DNA from: Candidatus Obscuribacterales bacterium
GTDB taxonomy: Bacteria; Cyanobacteriota; Vampirovibrionia; Obscuribacterales; Obscuribacteraceae
Assembly (NCBI GenBank): GCA_965228855.1
Contig: CBDDIJ010000003.1
Span: forward strand, 2,144,001-2,208,000
Reading direction: 5' to 3'
Length of the DNA stretch: 64,000 bases
Shown here: in pieces, positions 45,664-55,969 of the stretch
How positions within the stretch are numbered: the first letter of the stretch is position 1
Layout of the letters: the number at the start of each line of letters is the position of its first letter
Program-made: the position numbers and the translations under genes
Notes under the pieces: generated by a model
Database searches by the model: none
What the model was told of the DNA's origin: nothing
What the model saw: only the letters and a program-made list of their open reading frames with translations

Positions 45664-46331
45664 GCTCAGAATTGTCGCCTAAACCTGAATTTGACATGGA
45701 CGATTTCCTGGAGAAAGTCTCCGGCTATCGCTATGAGCTTCGCAAGGAGCGCCAGGTCAAACAAAAGGTCAAGGCGGCTATGTCCACTCTCGGTGCTGCA
45801 ATAGTGCATCTCTGCCAGTTAGTTGGCGAACAATTCAAGGACGACGACCCGGCCATCGCCGGTGCGGTTAAACAGCCGCTACTGTCCGCCGACCTCCTCG
45901 ACGACGCCGTGCTCGTGAAGTCGGGCAAGCGCCATCTAACGTTCATGACCCTATACGGTGTGGGCAATGACCGCGAACTGCCCGGCGGGCGTCAGGAACG
46001 CTGCGGCAATATCGGAGCGTACGCCCATCTCAGCGATCAGGAGAAGGCTCCGTTGTCCTCGCGCTTGATGATTTACGGCAACGGCGACATCTCCGATGGC
46101 GTTTCGACCTGGAATCTCAGTGAGGGAATTCAAGGTTTCATGCCCTATCTGACGAGAGTCCTGAGCCGATACATTTTTCAAATGGATACGTACTGGGCGA
46201 AAACCGACCAGATGCCTGTACCTTTCTCGAAAGCGCATGTCATCGACGGAATGCTTTATATAGACGATCTGCGCCGGCAGGCGATTTCGTTCACTGTCAG
46301 CGAGATTCTGGAAGACAAAAAAGACGAGTAA
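45660..46331 (+). CDS. Hypothetical protein translationally coupled to the SDR
   Basis: ATGA overlap with the SDR stop; 223-aa ORF; no recognised domain. Confidence 0.7.
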   Translation: MSSELSPKPEFDMDDFLEKVSGYRYELRKERQVKQKVKAAMSTLGAAIVHLCQLVGEQFKDDDPAIAGAVKQPLLSADLLDDAVLVKSGKRHLTFMTLYGVGNDRELPGGRQERCGNIGAYAHLSDQEKAPLSSRLMIYGNGDISDGVSTWNLSEGIQGFMPYLTRVLSRYIFQMDTYWAKTDQMPVPFSKAHVIDGMLYIDDLRRQAISFTVSEILEDKKDE

Positions 46332-46460
46332 ACTGCGCTAGCAACAACTTGCTTCGCCGCGAAGCCGCGGAAAACCAGCGTACCGCACGGTAAACCAGTG
46401 TAATCCCCAGTTTGAACATTCCGGCAGTCATGTTGGCTTGAATAGTTTTCGTTATCTATA

Positions 46461-47978
46461 ATGCGAGTAGGTCCACCGCGTTTCGCCAGTGAGAATAAAT
46501 TTGTTGTGGCAGAACTTGAACTGACAATTCCTCTGAAGAGCAATGTGTGCAAAGTCGGCATGGGCGTCATGGCGATTCTGATGCCGGTATGGGCTATCGG
46601 AATCCCGTTTTGCCTGGGGCTTACGACCAGCATGGTCCTTCGCAATCCAAATGTGATGAACCCGCTTGCCGCGATAGTGTTTTTCTCCTTGATGATTCTA
46701 ATCCCGACTGTGTCTGTCATTCTCGCAGCTATTTTCGAGGACGACGTCTTGCTCGTGAGCAAAGAAGGTATCGCTTTCCCTCTCAGGATGCTGGGTCGGC
46801 TCGGTTTCAGACGCGCACGTCACTGGTCCGATCTTCAGGCCGCATCAATTCAACTAACCGAAACATCAGGCAAGGAGCCCAAAGGCAATTTGAGTTTGTT
46901 TTTCGGATCAGGCGGCAACGCCACAGTTCAAATCGACAAATTCTCGTCTAACGACCTTGAGCAGCTGCTTCTTGCAATTGAGATCTGGGGATCAAACTGC
47001 AAACGCGATCCTGAACTCATCCAATTCCACAATCAGTATCAAAATGAAAACCGCGGCGTAGAGTCGCTCAGCTACACGCAAATGTGGGAGGAAGAACTGA
47101 GCCGGCGTTTTGCAAGTACGTCCTTCGTGCCGTTGGAACCTGGACATGTGCTTAAAAACGGTTCGCTCAAAGTTCTCCGTCAACTTGCATTCGGCGGACT
47201 CTCCGCCATTTATCTGGCACAAGAAGATAAGAAGGGCGTTGTCGTTTTGAAAGAGGCGGTGATACCGCCAAACTCTGATGAAAGCCAGCGTGCCAAGGCG
47301 CTTGAGATGTTCGAACGTGAGGCAAAGTTTCTGGTTAGACTCGACCACGATCAAATAGCGAAGGTTCACGATCACTTTCAAGAGGATGGGCGAAACTACC
47401 TGGTCCTCGATTACATACGCGGGCAGGACCTTCGCCAGTTGGTAAAACAAAACGGTGCGCAGCCGGAAGAAAAAGTTGTCGACTGGGGTCATCAAATCTC
47501 CGATATTCTCGCGTACCTTCACGATCAAAACCCACCAATCATTCACCGGGATTTGACGCCGGACAACCTCGTTCTCGACAACGAGGGCAGAGTTATGCTG
47601 ATTGACTTTGGCGCGGCAAATGAATTTGTTGGCACCGCCACTGGTACCTTGGTCGGAAAGCAAGCTTACATCTCACCGGAACAGCTGCGTGGAAAAGCAT
47701 CGACATCAAGCGACATCTACGCGCTTGGTGGCACATTGCACTTTCTGCTTACTGGAACCGATCCCGAGGCGCTGAGCGCATCGAGGCCGAAGTCGCAGAA
47801 CGAAAGTGTTTCTAGTGCGGTTGATGATCTGGTTAAGCAGTGTACGGAAATGGAAGAGCACGATCGTTTCCCTCATGCACGAGACATCAAAGCGGTTCTG
47901 GCAAAACTGCATGAAGAAAATTTGGCGAAAAAACCGGCTCCGGTAGATGCTGAAGCAGAGCCGGCGGCGAGCACTTGA
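46461..47978 (+). CDS. Membrane Ser/Thr kinase (N-terminal TM helices, PH-like domain, C-terminal kinase)
   Basis: LAFGGLSAIY, VVLKE, IHRDLTPDN, IDFG, YISPEQ, SDIYALG. Confidence 0.9.
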   Translation: MRVGPPRFASENKFVVAELELTIPLKSNVCKVGMGVMAILMPVWAIGIPFCLGLTTSMVLRNPNVMNPLAAIVFFSLMILIPTVSVILAAIFEDDVLLVSKEGIAFPLRMLGRLGFRRARHWSDLQAASIQLTETSGKEPKGNLSLFFGSGGNATVQIDKFSSNDLEQLLLAIEIWGSNCKRDPELIQFHNQYQNENRGVESLSYTQMWEEELSRRFASTSFVPLEPGHVLKNGSLKVLRQLAFGGLSAIYLAQEDKKGVVVLKEAVIPPNSDESQRAKALEMFEREAKFLVRLDHDQIAKVHDHFQEDGRNYLVLDYIRGQDLRQLVKQNGAQPEEKVVDWGHQISDILAYLHDQNPPIIHRDLTPDNLVLDNEGRVMLIDFGAANEFVGTATGTLVGKQAYISPEQLRGKASTSSDIYALGGTLHFLLTGTDPEALSASRPKSQNESVSSAVDDLVKQCTEMEEHDRFPHARDIKAVLAKLHEENLAKKPAPVDAEAEPAAST

Positions 47979-47991
47979 GGAACTGGCAAAG

Positions 47992-49818
47992 ATGAGTAAA
48001 AACGAACTGGTTCAATACCGAGTCAATCAAAACGCTCTCGCCAAGCCGGTCGAAGAGGAACTTCTGATTGCCTATCGTCCGTTTCACAATACTGAGAAAT
48101 GGATAGAATATCGCTTCAACGAATGGAACACATGGAAAGCCTGGGCTGCTCTGGGTTTCGTCATACTCTTTTTCGTGATGGGTGGTCCGCAATTTGTGAT
48201 GGACATCCTCCAGGCTCTTACCGGTGGGGCAAGCGCTGGGGGAAGTCTCATCCCTGACAAGCCTATGGATTCAGGCACAATACAGCCTATGTTGGACGGA
48301 ATGAAAAACAATTTTCAGCCACCTCCGCCGATTATCGAGCCAGGAAGCGGAGCGGCTTCCTTCACGAGCGCAAAAGTCGTCGAGTGGTTTGCAATCGCTA
48401 TGAGCGTTGGTGGTGTCGGTGCATATGGTTTGATGCAGCGAAAGCCAACTCACCTCTTATTGAACGATCACGGCATAGCCTGGGAGTGGCGCCGCTCCCT
48501 GATGAACTTCGGTCACATGGTGCCCTGGTCGGCAATCACACATATCGGCGTGACCTGGCCGGAGAACAGAACATCACCGCAAGACAGCTTGTTAACGTTC
48601 TCCACAGCCTCTAACCCGCAAGCTATGCAGATAAAGCTTGGTGGCATTGCAACCACGGAAGAACGCGAACAATTTCTCAAATGTCTTGAAACCTGGGCTC
48701 CGGACGTTTCAAAAGACGCCCAGGTCTACGATGTGCTGACGCCTCCGCCAGACCACAGCTATACGGAATTGTGGTTGCAAGCCCTTTCCGCTCCGCCGAA
48801 ACGCGAGCGTTTGACACCACTGATAGCGGGTGCAGTACTGGGAGAGGGAAACTACACGATCGTCTCTCAACTCGGTGTCGGAGGTCAAGGGACGGCCTAT
48901 CTTTCGACAATGCCTGATGGAATGGAGGTCGTTTTAAAAGAGTTCATTCTCCCCGTTTATGTTGATATAAACATCAGGCGCCAGGCGTTAGAACGCATGC
49001 AAAATGAAGTTCAAATGCTGAAGAAGCTGGACAACGACCGAATCGTGAAGCTGAGAGATTTCTTTATTGAAGATCATCGCGGCTATCTCGTTCTTGAACT
49101 TATTGATGGCGATTCTTTGAGAACGATGGTGAATAAAAACGGAAAGCTCGATGAGAAGACCGTCATCGGACTCATGCACCAGATGTGCGATATGCTCGAA
49201 TATTTGCACAGTCTGTCACCGCCTGTAGTGCATAGAGATTTCACGCCGGATAATTTGATTTTAGGAAGCGATGGTATTTTGAAACTGGTTGACTTCAATG
49301 TCGCTCAACAGAAAGATGTCACCGCTACCGGTACCGTGGTAGGTAAGCATGCTTACATCCCGCCAGAGCAGTTTCGCGGAAAACCCAACCACCAGAGCGA
49401 TATCTACGCGATGGGAGCATCGGTTTACTTCTTGTTGATTGGAGAAGATCCGCAGCCAATTACATCCTCACGTCCCAAAGAAGCTGATGAAAACGTCAGC
49501 CATGGTTTAGATCACATTGTCGCTCGTGCCACCGCACTCGATACCGCTTACAGATATCCCTCCGCACAGGATTTACGGGCAGAGCTGGCATATTTAGCGA
49601 AGAACGGTCATGTCAGACCGCAATTAGAAACCAAAGAATCAACTGACTCCGCGGAGGCAGGCACAACTGAAGCTGCCGCAGATGTCGCGGTCGCGAACAC
49701 AGCGGAACCCGACGGGGAAAGCACGGTCGCGAGCACGGCGGAGAACACAGGGGAAAGCGCGGTCGCGAACTCGGTTGAATCCGTAGGCGAAAGCGAAGTT
49801 TCCAACACTAGCGCTTAA
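47992..49818 (+). CDS. Membrane Ser/Thr kinase, tandem paralogue of the upstream gene
   Basis: LGVGGQGTAY, VVLKE, VHRDFTPDN, VDFN, YIPPEQ, SDIYAMG; RBS GAGG before ATG 47992. Confidence 0.9.
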   Translation: MSKNELVQYRVNQNALAKPVEEELLIAYRPFHNTEKWIEYRFNEWNTWKAWAALGFVILFFVMGGPQFVMDILQALTGGASAGGSLIPDKPMDSGTIQPMLDGMKNNFQPPPPIIEPGSGAASFTSAKVVEWFAIAMSVGGVGAYGLMQRKPTHLLLNDHGIAWEWRRSLMNFGHMVPWSAITHIGVTWPENRTSPQDSLLTFSTASNPQAMQIKLGGIATTEEREQFLKCLETWAPDVSKDAQVYDVLTPPPDHSYTELWLQALSAPPKRERLTPLIAGAVLGEGNYTIVSQLGVGGQGTAYLSTMPDGMEVVLKEFILPVYVDINIRRQALERMQNEVQMLKKLDNDRIVKLRDFFIEDHRGYLVLELIDGDSLRTMVNKNGKLDEKTVIGLMHQMCDMLEYLHSLSPPVVHRDFTPDNLILGSDGILKLVDFNVAQQKDVTATGTVVGKHAYIPPEQFRGKPNHQSDIYAMGASVYFLLIGEDPQPITSSRPKEADENVSHGLDHIVARATALDTAYRYPSAQDLRAELAYLAKNGHVRPQLETKESTDSAEAGTTEAAADVAVANTAEPDGESTVASTAENTGESAVANSVESVGESEVSNTSA

Positions 49819-49843
49819 CGGTTCCGATCCTGCAGAAAAGAAT

Positions 49844-50797
49844 TCAGTCCAGAGCGGACTCCTCTTCTTCAAGTATCGAGTCAATTCGACGTCGGATGGC
49901 AGCAGCATCAGCGTCGCGATCGGTTTTTCTCAATAAATCGGCATATTGTTCAAGGCATGATAGAACGTTCTGATGTTCCGGTCCCAGAGCCTCTTCGAAA
50001 ATTTCGACAGCTCGCAAATAGAGCGATTCGGCTCGAACGTATGTTCCATGCTTGTGGTACAGAGAGGCAAGAGAAGCCAGGCTCTCTGCGACTTTCGGAT
50101 GGTCCGGACTGAGCAATTTCTCTCGAATCCCAAGCACGCGACGCAATAAAGGCTCTGCTTTGTTGTAATCTTTGTCGTCAGTAAATAATTCAGCCATACA
50201 GAGAAGTGTATTCGCAACTTCCGGATGCTCACGTCCGTAGTAGCCTTCCTGGGTGTGTAGAACCTGGCGAAATACGTGCTCGGCTTCTTCGGATCTTCCG
50301 TGTTCGGCATAGAGCAGAGCAAGATTAAATTGAATCTCGGCGACTTCGAGATGGTCATCGCCTACAAAGCGCTGACGAATCTCGCAGGCGCGCTTATAAA
50401 GCAACTCGGCGCGATCCATGCTTCCCAGATATCTGTAAAGGTCAGCCAGATTATTCATCGCGGTCGCAAGTGTCGGGTGCTCGAAACCCAGAGACTTCTC
50501 CTGTATAGCCAGAGCCTGACGAAACAGGGGTTCAGCCTCTGCAAGCCGGTGCTGTGCCATGTAGACCATGGCGAGGTGATTCATCGCAGTGCCCACTTCC
50601 GGATGATCAACAGCCAGCGCCTTGTTTCGAATATCCAGAGCACGCTTCATGAAGCCCTCAGCCTCTTCGAAGCGGCTTTCGTGATAAAGCAGCAGTCCTA
50701 TCGAAGTCAGATACTCCGCCAGTTCAGGGTTTTCAGCCCCCAGCGAAGATTCGAGTTGGGGCAACAAAGACAGTAGAGCTTCGATATTTTCGTTCAT
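49844..50797 (-). CDS. TPR protein (kinesin-light-chain-type 42-aa repeats)
   Basis: Repeated HPxVAxxxNxLA..AEPLxRxALxIxE units. Confidence 0.92.
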   Translation of the reverse strand: MNENIEALLSLLPQLESSLGAENPELAEYLTSIGLLLYHESRFEEAEGFMKRALDIRNKALAVDHPEVGTAMNHLAMVYMAQHRLAEAEPLFRQALAIQEKSLGFEHPTLATAMNNLADLYRYLGSMDRAELLYKRACEIRQRFVGDDHLEVAEIQFNLALLYAEHGRSEEAEHVFRQVLHTQEGYYGREHPEVANTLLCMAELFTDDKDYNKAEPLLRRVLGIREKLLSPDHPKVAESLASLASLYHKHGTYVRAESLYLRAVEIFEEALGPEHQNVLSCLEQYADLLRKTDRDADAAAIRRRIDSILEEEESALD

Positions 50798-50912
50798 TAC
50801 GTGCTGCGTAGCCGGCCTTATTCGAGCTTATCACGTCCAACATTTTATCTGTGCCCAGCTTGACCAACTTTGTATTGCCGGTCCAGAAAACGGTTGCGAT
50901 TAGAAACAGCGA

Positions 50913-53012
50913 TTAATCAGAAAAGCCGACTGAGTTAGCACTCGTTTGCATAGCAGACTTCATTCGGCGGTGGGCCGATTTGATCATGTCCTCGAGCTTC
51001 GAGCCGTCTCGCTCACAATCGGCAACGCCCGCACTGAATGTGGTACTGAAACTAAAAGCGGAACCAGGAAACTCAAAGCGTCGAAAATCTTCCTGCAAAA
51101 GCTGAATAGTACATGCCGCCATATCACGATCGCAATTTGCCAGAATTAAAACATATCCGCCGTCGCTCCAGCGACCACGCAAATCTTCCGAGCGGTAGCG
51201 CTGCTGAATCAGTTCGCCAAAGCGCTTAGAAGCCTGGCGGGCGGAAAACTGACCTTGCACCAGGCTAAGATGATCGTATTCATCCATTTGAAGAAGCGCC
51301 AACGACATCGGCGAACCAATCTCCAGATGGTCCTCCAGTAACAGCTTGGCCTGTGCCATGATTATGTCTCCGTTCATCACGCCGGTCTCAGGGTCGCGCG
51401 TACGGGATTGTCGCTTGAGGCTAGATTCGTTGAGCTGATTCATGACTCGGTTGATCAACTCCGGCGCGAGGACGGGCTTAGTCACAAAGTCATTTGCGCC
51501 AACAGAGAACGCCGCACTTCTTGATTCCGGGCTCGTCTTCGATGTGAGGAAAACCACCGGTAGCTCCTTCAACTCAGGCTGCTCACGAATCATGCGACAA
51601 ACCTCAAAACCGGTCAGTCCGGGCATCATCACATCGAGTAAAACAACATCCGGTCTGAATTCAGAAATCTTTTCCAGAGCCAGACTCGGATTCGTACAAG
51701 TTTTCGTATCGATTCTCTCACCTTCAAGAACACTGCTGACAAACCGACAGAGCACTTCGTCATCGTCGATAGCAAGAACTCGGGGACGAACAGCGTGAGT
51801 CATCATCAATAGCGCATCTATGCCCTCATGCAATCCCTCCGCTTGCACCGGATGCGGTATCACCACCGACGCGCCGACATAAATGCGCTCGACCTCTGTT
51901 AGTTCGAAATCTTCAGGAATAAACACACCCAGAGGTAACGCTCGATTGCCCGGCATAAGCCGTATGTCAGCTGCTCGCTGAAAACTCATCTCTTTATTGC
52001 TGGTCACTTCCAACAACATCGCATCGACCTTCTGCTTTGCTAAACTTTCCGCAACTCCCTTCGGAGAATCCGCCAGGTCAATCCGCGCGAGTGTCTTAAC
52101 TTCAGAGTTTTGGCATGCGTTCGCCACATCCGGAGCATTGGAAACTATCAGCACGGTGGACTTAGATTCAGGTTCCTGAATTTCCGTATTTTGATGCGCG
52201 GTTGTACTGATCTCTTCATGACCGCGAGCAATCAACCGGATTACTTCTGACCAGTATATTTCCTGATCGGTATCCTCTCGCCCATCCAGATTCTGCATCA
52301 GATCTTCAAGTCGTCCAGCAATCTCACTCACACCCATCAAGCCGAGAGAACCAGCAGTTCCTCGAATTCTATGGGCGATATGCGTTGCCTCAACCAGCAC
52401 ATCGAGACGACTTTTATCATTATTATGAATATCCACTAGTTCAGTCAGCGTGCGCCAACTGGCCTCCAGGTCCTTCAAATAATCTAGTCTGGCAATCTCA
52501 ATGGCTCGCTGAAGATCCATCTTCTTCTTAATTACTGCCAGTTCTTGCACCATCTCTTGAGTGGTGGTGTCGGTCGCATAATATTGATAGGCGTTGCCGT
52601 CTCCGAGGCTGACCTGCATGTAGGTCTTCTCATAACCTGGCAACAATGACTCAACCTGCTCGATGAAAGATCCGGGAATGATCGGCTTGCGCACGATTAA
52701 ACTTACGCGCAAAATGTTTCGCAACTTGTTGAAAGTAAGTGAGTCGCATGGGATTGCAGAACAGAACACGACTGGCGTGTTACGCCCCGAATCTCTGAGT
52801 TTCTCGATCCAGGTGATACCGTCCATTTTCGGCAGCCTGTAATCGACTATGATCAGGCAAGGCTCTTCCCTTGAGAATACCTGCATGCCAGCATCCGGTG
52901 TGCTGGCCTCGATAACACCATAGCCTCTGGATTCCAAAATCTGCTTGACGAGTTCCCTGAAGCCCGCGTCGTCATCGAGAATCAGTACGTTTCCGCTCGT
53001 GGTTTTTGGCAT
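50913..53012 (-). CDS. Multi-domain response regulator REC-Hpt-pseudoREC-REC-degenerate GGDEF
   Basis: VLILDDD..IIVDYRLP; Hpt AHRIRGTAGSLG; middle receiver MLLEV; VLLDVMMP; RSEDLRGRWSDGGY. Confidence 0.88.
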   Translation of the reverse strand: MPKTTSGNVLILDDDAGFRELVKQILESRGYGVIEASTPDAGMQVFSREEPCLIIVDYRLPKMDGITWIEKLRDSGRNTPVVFCSAIPCDSLTFNKLRNILRVSLIVRKPIIPGSFIEQVESLLPGYEKTYMQVSLGDGNAYQYYATDTTTQEMVQELAVIKKKMDLQRAIEIARLDYLKDLEASWRTLTELVDIHNNDKSRLDVLVEATHIAHRIRGTAGSLGLMGVSEIAGRLEDLMQNLDGREDTDQEIYWSEVIRLIARGHEEISTTAHQNTEIQEPESKSTVLIVSNAPDVANACQNSEVKTLARIDLADSPKGVAESLAKQKVDAMLLEVTSNKEMSFQRAADIRLMPGNRALPLGVFIPEDFELTEVERIYVGASVVIPHPVQAEGLHEGIDALLMMTHAVRPRVLAIDDDEVLCRFVSSVLEGERIDTKTCTNPSLALEKISEFRPDVVLLDVMMPGLTGFEVCRMIREQPELKELPVVFLTSKTSPESRSAAFSVGANDFVTKPVLAPELINRVMNQLNESSLKRQSRTRDPETGVMNGDIIMAQAKLLLEDHLEIGSPMSLALLQMDEYDHLSLVQGQFSARQASKRFGELIQQRYRSEDLRGRWSDGGYVLILANCDRDMAACTIQLLQEDFRRFEFPGSAFSFSTTFSAGVADCERDGSKLEDMIKSAHRRMKSAMQTSANSVGFSD

Positions 53013-53187
53013 AAATCACTCTCAGCACTTTTTTTTCGGACTAAATATTTTACAGCATGAGAAAGCGCCATTGCCTGCGTGATTAGCTACTCGGCAACCT
53101 GTAGAATAAAAAATTACGAAACCCAAGAGAAGAACATCGACGTAAAAACGTCTTTCACTTTTTGCTCAACTTAGAGTGCTAGAAAAT

Positions 53188-55941
53188 CTATTTGTCGCGT
53201 TCAGCTACGGTTATGTTCGCCTGCGCAGCAGCCAGTCGTGCAACAGGCACACGGAACGGCGAACAGCTCACATAATTTAAACCAAGTTGATGCGCGAATG
53301 CAATCGAACTCGGCTCGCCGCCATGCTCTCCGCAGATTCCTAGCTTCAGGTCCGGTCTGGTTTGCAATCCATATTCAACGGCAATTTTCATCAATTTTCC
53401 AACACCATTGACGTCAAGCACTTCAAACGGATTCGACGTCAGGATCTGTTCCTTGTCTGCACCACGAGCGATACCATCGAGATATTTATGCAAGAATTTT
53501 CCTTCCGCATCATCACGACTGTATCCAAAAGTCATCTGCGTTAAATCATTGGTTCCGAAACTGAAAAACTCTGCATACTCAGCAATTTCATTGGCAGTCA
53601 CGCATGCACGAGGAATCTCTATCATCGTGCCAAATTTATATTCAACATTGACGCCCGCTTTATTCATAACAGCCTTGGCTACACTTTCAAGCTGCTCACG
53701 AACAACCTTGAGCTCGTTTGCATGTCCGATGAGCGGAATCATAATTTCCGGATAGACTTTGATACCATCGTTCTGAACTTTGATCGCGGCTTCGAAGATG
53801 GCACGCACCTGCATCTCGTTGATCTCCGGATACATGAGCCCGAGGCGGCACCCACGCAGTCCCATCATCGGATTCGACTCGTGCAAATCATTGACCGTTT
53901 TCAGAACAGCTTCCTTTCTGCGAAGTTCGATGCCGGTTTCACCCTTCGCCTTCATGGTCGCAATCTCTTCGATCAGTCCTTCCGGTTTCGGCAGAAATTC
54001 ATGGAGCGGAGGATCTAGCAGACGAATCGTGACCGGCAATCCGTCCATGGCCTCGAAGATACCGATGAAGTCTTCTCGTTGCATCGGAAGCAGTTTATCC
54101 AGAGCTTCTTTTCGGTCATCGACGCCGCCGGCCATGATCATTTGTTGAACGATTGGCAGACGCTCCTGACTCATGAACATATGCTCCGTCCGGCACAAAC
54201 CAATGCCCTCCGCGCCAAATTCCCGAGCCAGGCGAGCGTCCTGGGGCGTATCTGCATTTGTTCGAATTTTCAGTCGACGAGTCTCATCGGACCACTGAAG
54301 CAGGACTTTGAACTCTTCGGAGAAATCGGGATCTTGAGTTTTGATCTCACCAGTAAAGATTTCACCGGTCGATCCGTCGATTGAGATGGTGTCGAACTTC
54401 TTGATTGTGTGAGAACCGGCGATAAACAGTTCCTTACCCAAGTCTATTCTCAGGGCTTCACAGCCGGCAACGCACGGTTTACCCATCCCTCGGGCCACGA
54501 CGGCAGCGTGGCTGGTCATGCCACCACGACTGGTGATTACCCCCTGGGCAGGAACTATTCCATGGATATCGTCCGGGCATGTTTCAATCCGCACGAGAAT
54601 GACTTTCTGCCCCTTGCCGGAAAGACTCTCCGCTTCCGACGGGTCAAACGTCACTTTCCCGATAGCCGCACCGGGAGAGGCGTTTAATCCGGTCGCAATC
54701 AGCCGACCTTCCTTCTTGGCCTTTTCCTTGTCTTCGGTTTCAAAACTAGGCAGCAACAGTTGATTCAGAGCAGTTGGCTCTATTCTCGCTAGTGCCTCGT
54801 CTTTACTCAAAATTCCTTCTCTGCACAAATCGACAGCTACTTTTACAGCAGCCGCAGCGGTTCGTTTGCCGGTTCGAGTTTGCAAAAGGAACAATTTGCC
54901 TTTCTCAATCGTGAACTCGATATCTTGCATATCCCGGTAGTGTTTTTCCAAACTGTTCACAGTGCCGAGCAGTTCGTTGAACACATCCGGCATTTCCTTT
55001 TCCATCTCGGAAATTTTCTTCGGGGTTCTTACTCCGGCGACTACGTCCTCGCCCTGCGCATTTACAAGATACTCACCGTAGAGGACCTTCTCTCCAGTGC
55101 TGGGATTTCGCGTAAAGCAAACTCCGGTTCCCGATCGATCATCGAAATTTCCAAACACCATGGATTGGATATTCACAGCAGTCCCAAGATTGTGATCGAT
55201 TTTGTTGAGCCGGCGATAGTAGACGGCGCGAGTATTGTTCCAAGATTTAAAAACCGCTTCGACAGCGCCTTGAAGCTGCTCCTTAACTTCTTGAGGAAAG
55301 GTCTTCTTCGTCTCAGACTCAACCAATTTCTTGTAATCTGCGATCAGATCTTTGAGCTGTTCGACTGAAAGATCGGAGTCGACTTTGACGTTAGCTTTCT
55401 TTTTTGCAGATTCGAGAATTTCTTCGAACTCGTCCTTGTCGATATCGAGCACTACGTTGCTGAACATTTGAATGAAACGGCGATAACTGTCCCACGCAAA
55501 ACGGGCATTTCCGGTTTGTTTTGCTATAGCCTCAACCGTTTTATCATTGAGACCTAGATTCAAAATCGTGTCCATCATACCCGGCATCGAAAACTTTGCA
55601 CCGGAGCGAACTGACAACAGAAGCGGTTTCTCAAGGTCGCCAAGTTTGCGGTCGAGCGATTTTTCGACGCTCTCGAGTTCTTTCATAACCTCGTCGAACA
55701 AGCCGCTCGGAAACTGACCGCTCTTACTGTACTCGCGGCAACAGGTCGTCAGAATTGTCAGACCCGGCGGCACATTGACACCACTCGAAGTCATTTCCGC
55801 AAGACCTGCGCCTTTGCCGCCGAGCAATTCGCGCATCTCATCGCGATTGCCATCGAAAATTTTGTACGCATCTTCGAAAAGAAAAACTCGGCGATTTCCG
55901 ATTTTGTCTTTGCCTTTACTAGTTTCGGTGGTGCTCAGCAT
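53188..55941 (-). CDS. ppdK: Pyruvate, phosphate dikinase
   Basis: LLGGKGAGLAEM, SVRSGAKFSMPGMMDTILN, GGMTSHAAVVARG, GIGLCRTEHM, FSFGTNDLTQ, GICGEHGG. Confidence 0.98.
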   Translation of the reverse strand: MLSTTETSKGKDKIGNRRVFLFEDAYKIFDGNRDEMRELLGGKGAGLAEMTSSGVNVPPGLTILTTCCREYSKSGQFPSGLFDEVMKELESVEKSLDRKLGDLEKPLLLSVRSGAKFSMPGMMDTILNLGLNDKTVEAIAKQTGNARFAWDSYRRFIQMFSNVVLDIDKDEFEEILESAKKKANVKVDSDLSVEQLKDLIADYKKLVESETKKTFPQEVKEQLQGAVEAVFKSWNNTRAVYYRRLNKIDHNLGTAVNIQSMVFGNFDDRSGTGVCFTRNPSTGEKVLYGEYLVNAQGEDVVAGVRTPKKISEMEKEMPDVFNELLGTVNSLEKHYRDMQDIEFTIEKGKLFLLQTRTGKRTAAAAVKVAVDLCREGILSKDEALARIEPTALNQLLLPSFETEDKEKAKKEGRLIATGLNASPGAAIGKVTFDPSEAESLSGKGQKVILVRIETCPDDIHGIVPAQGVITSRGGMTSHAAVVARGMGKPCVAGCEALRIDLGKELFIAGSHTIKKFDTISIDGSTGEIFTGEIKTQDPDFSEEFKVLLQWSDETRRLKIRTNADTPQDARLAREFGAEGIGLCRTEHMFMSQERLPIVQQMIMAGGVDDRKEALDKLLPMQREDFIGIFEAMDGLPVTIRLLDPPLHEFLPKPEGLIEEIATMKAKGETGIELRRKEAVLKTVNDLHESNPMMGLRGCRLGLMYPEINEMQVRAIFEAAIKVQNDGIKVYPEIMIPLIGHANELKVVREQLESVAKAVMNKAGVNVEYKFGTMIEIPRACVTANEIAEYAEFFSFGTNDLTQMTFGYSRDDAEGKFLHKYLDGIARGADKEQILTSNPFEVLDVNGVGKLMKIAVEYGLQTRPDLKLGICGEHGGEPSSIAFAHQLGLNYVSCSPFRVPVARLAAAQANITVAERDK

Positions 55942-55969
55942 TACTCATCTCCAGTCATAGCGTGTGGAT

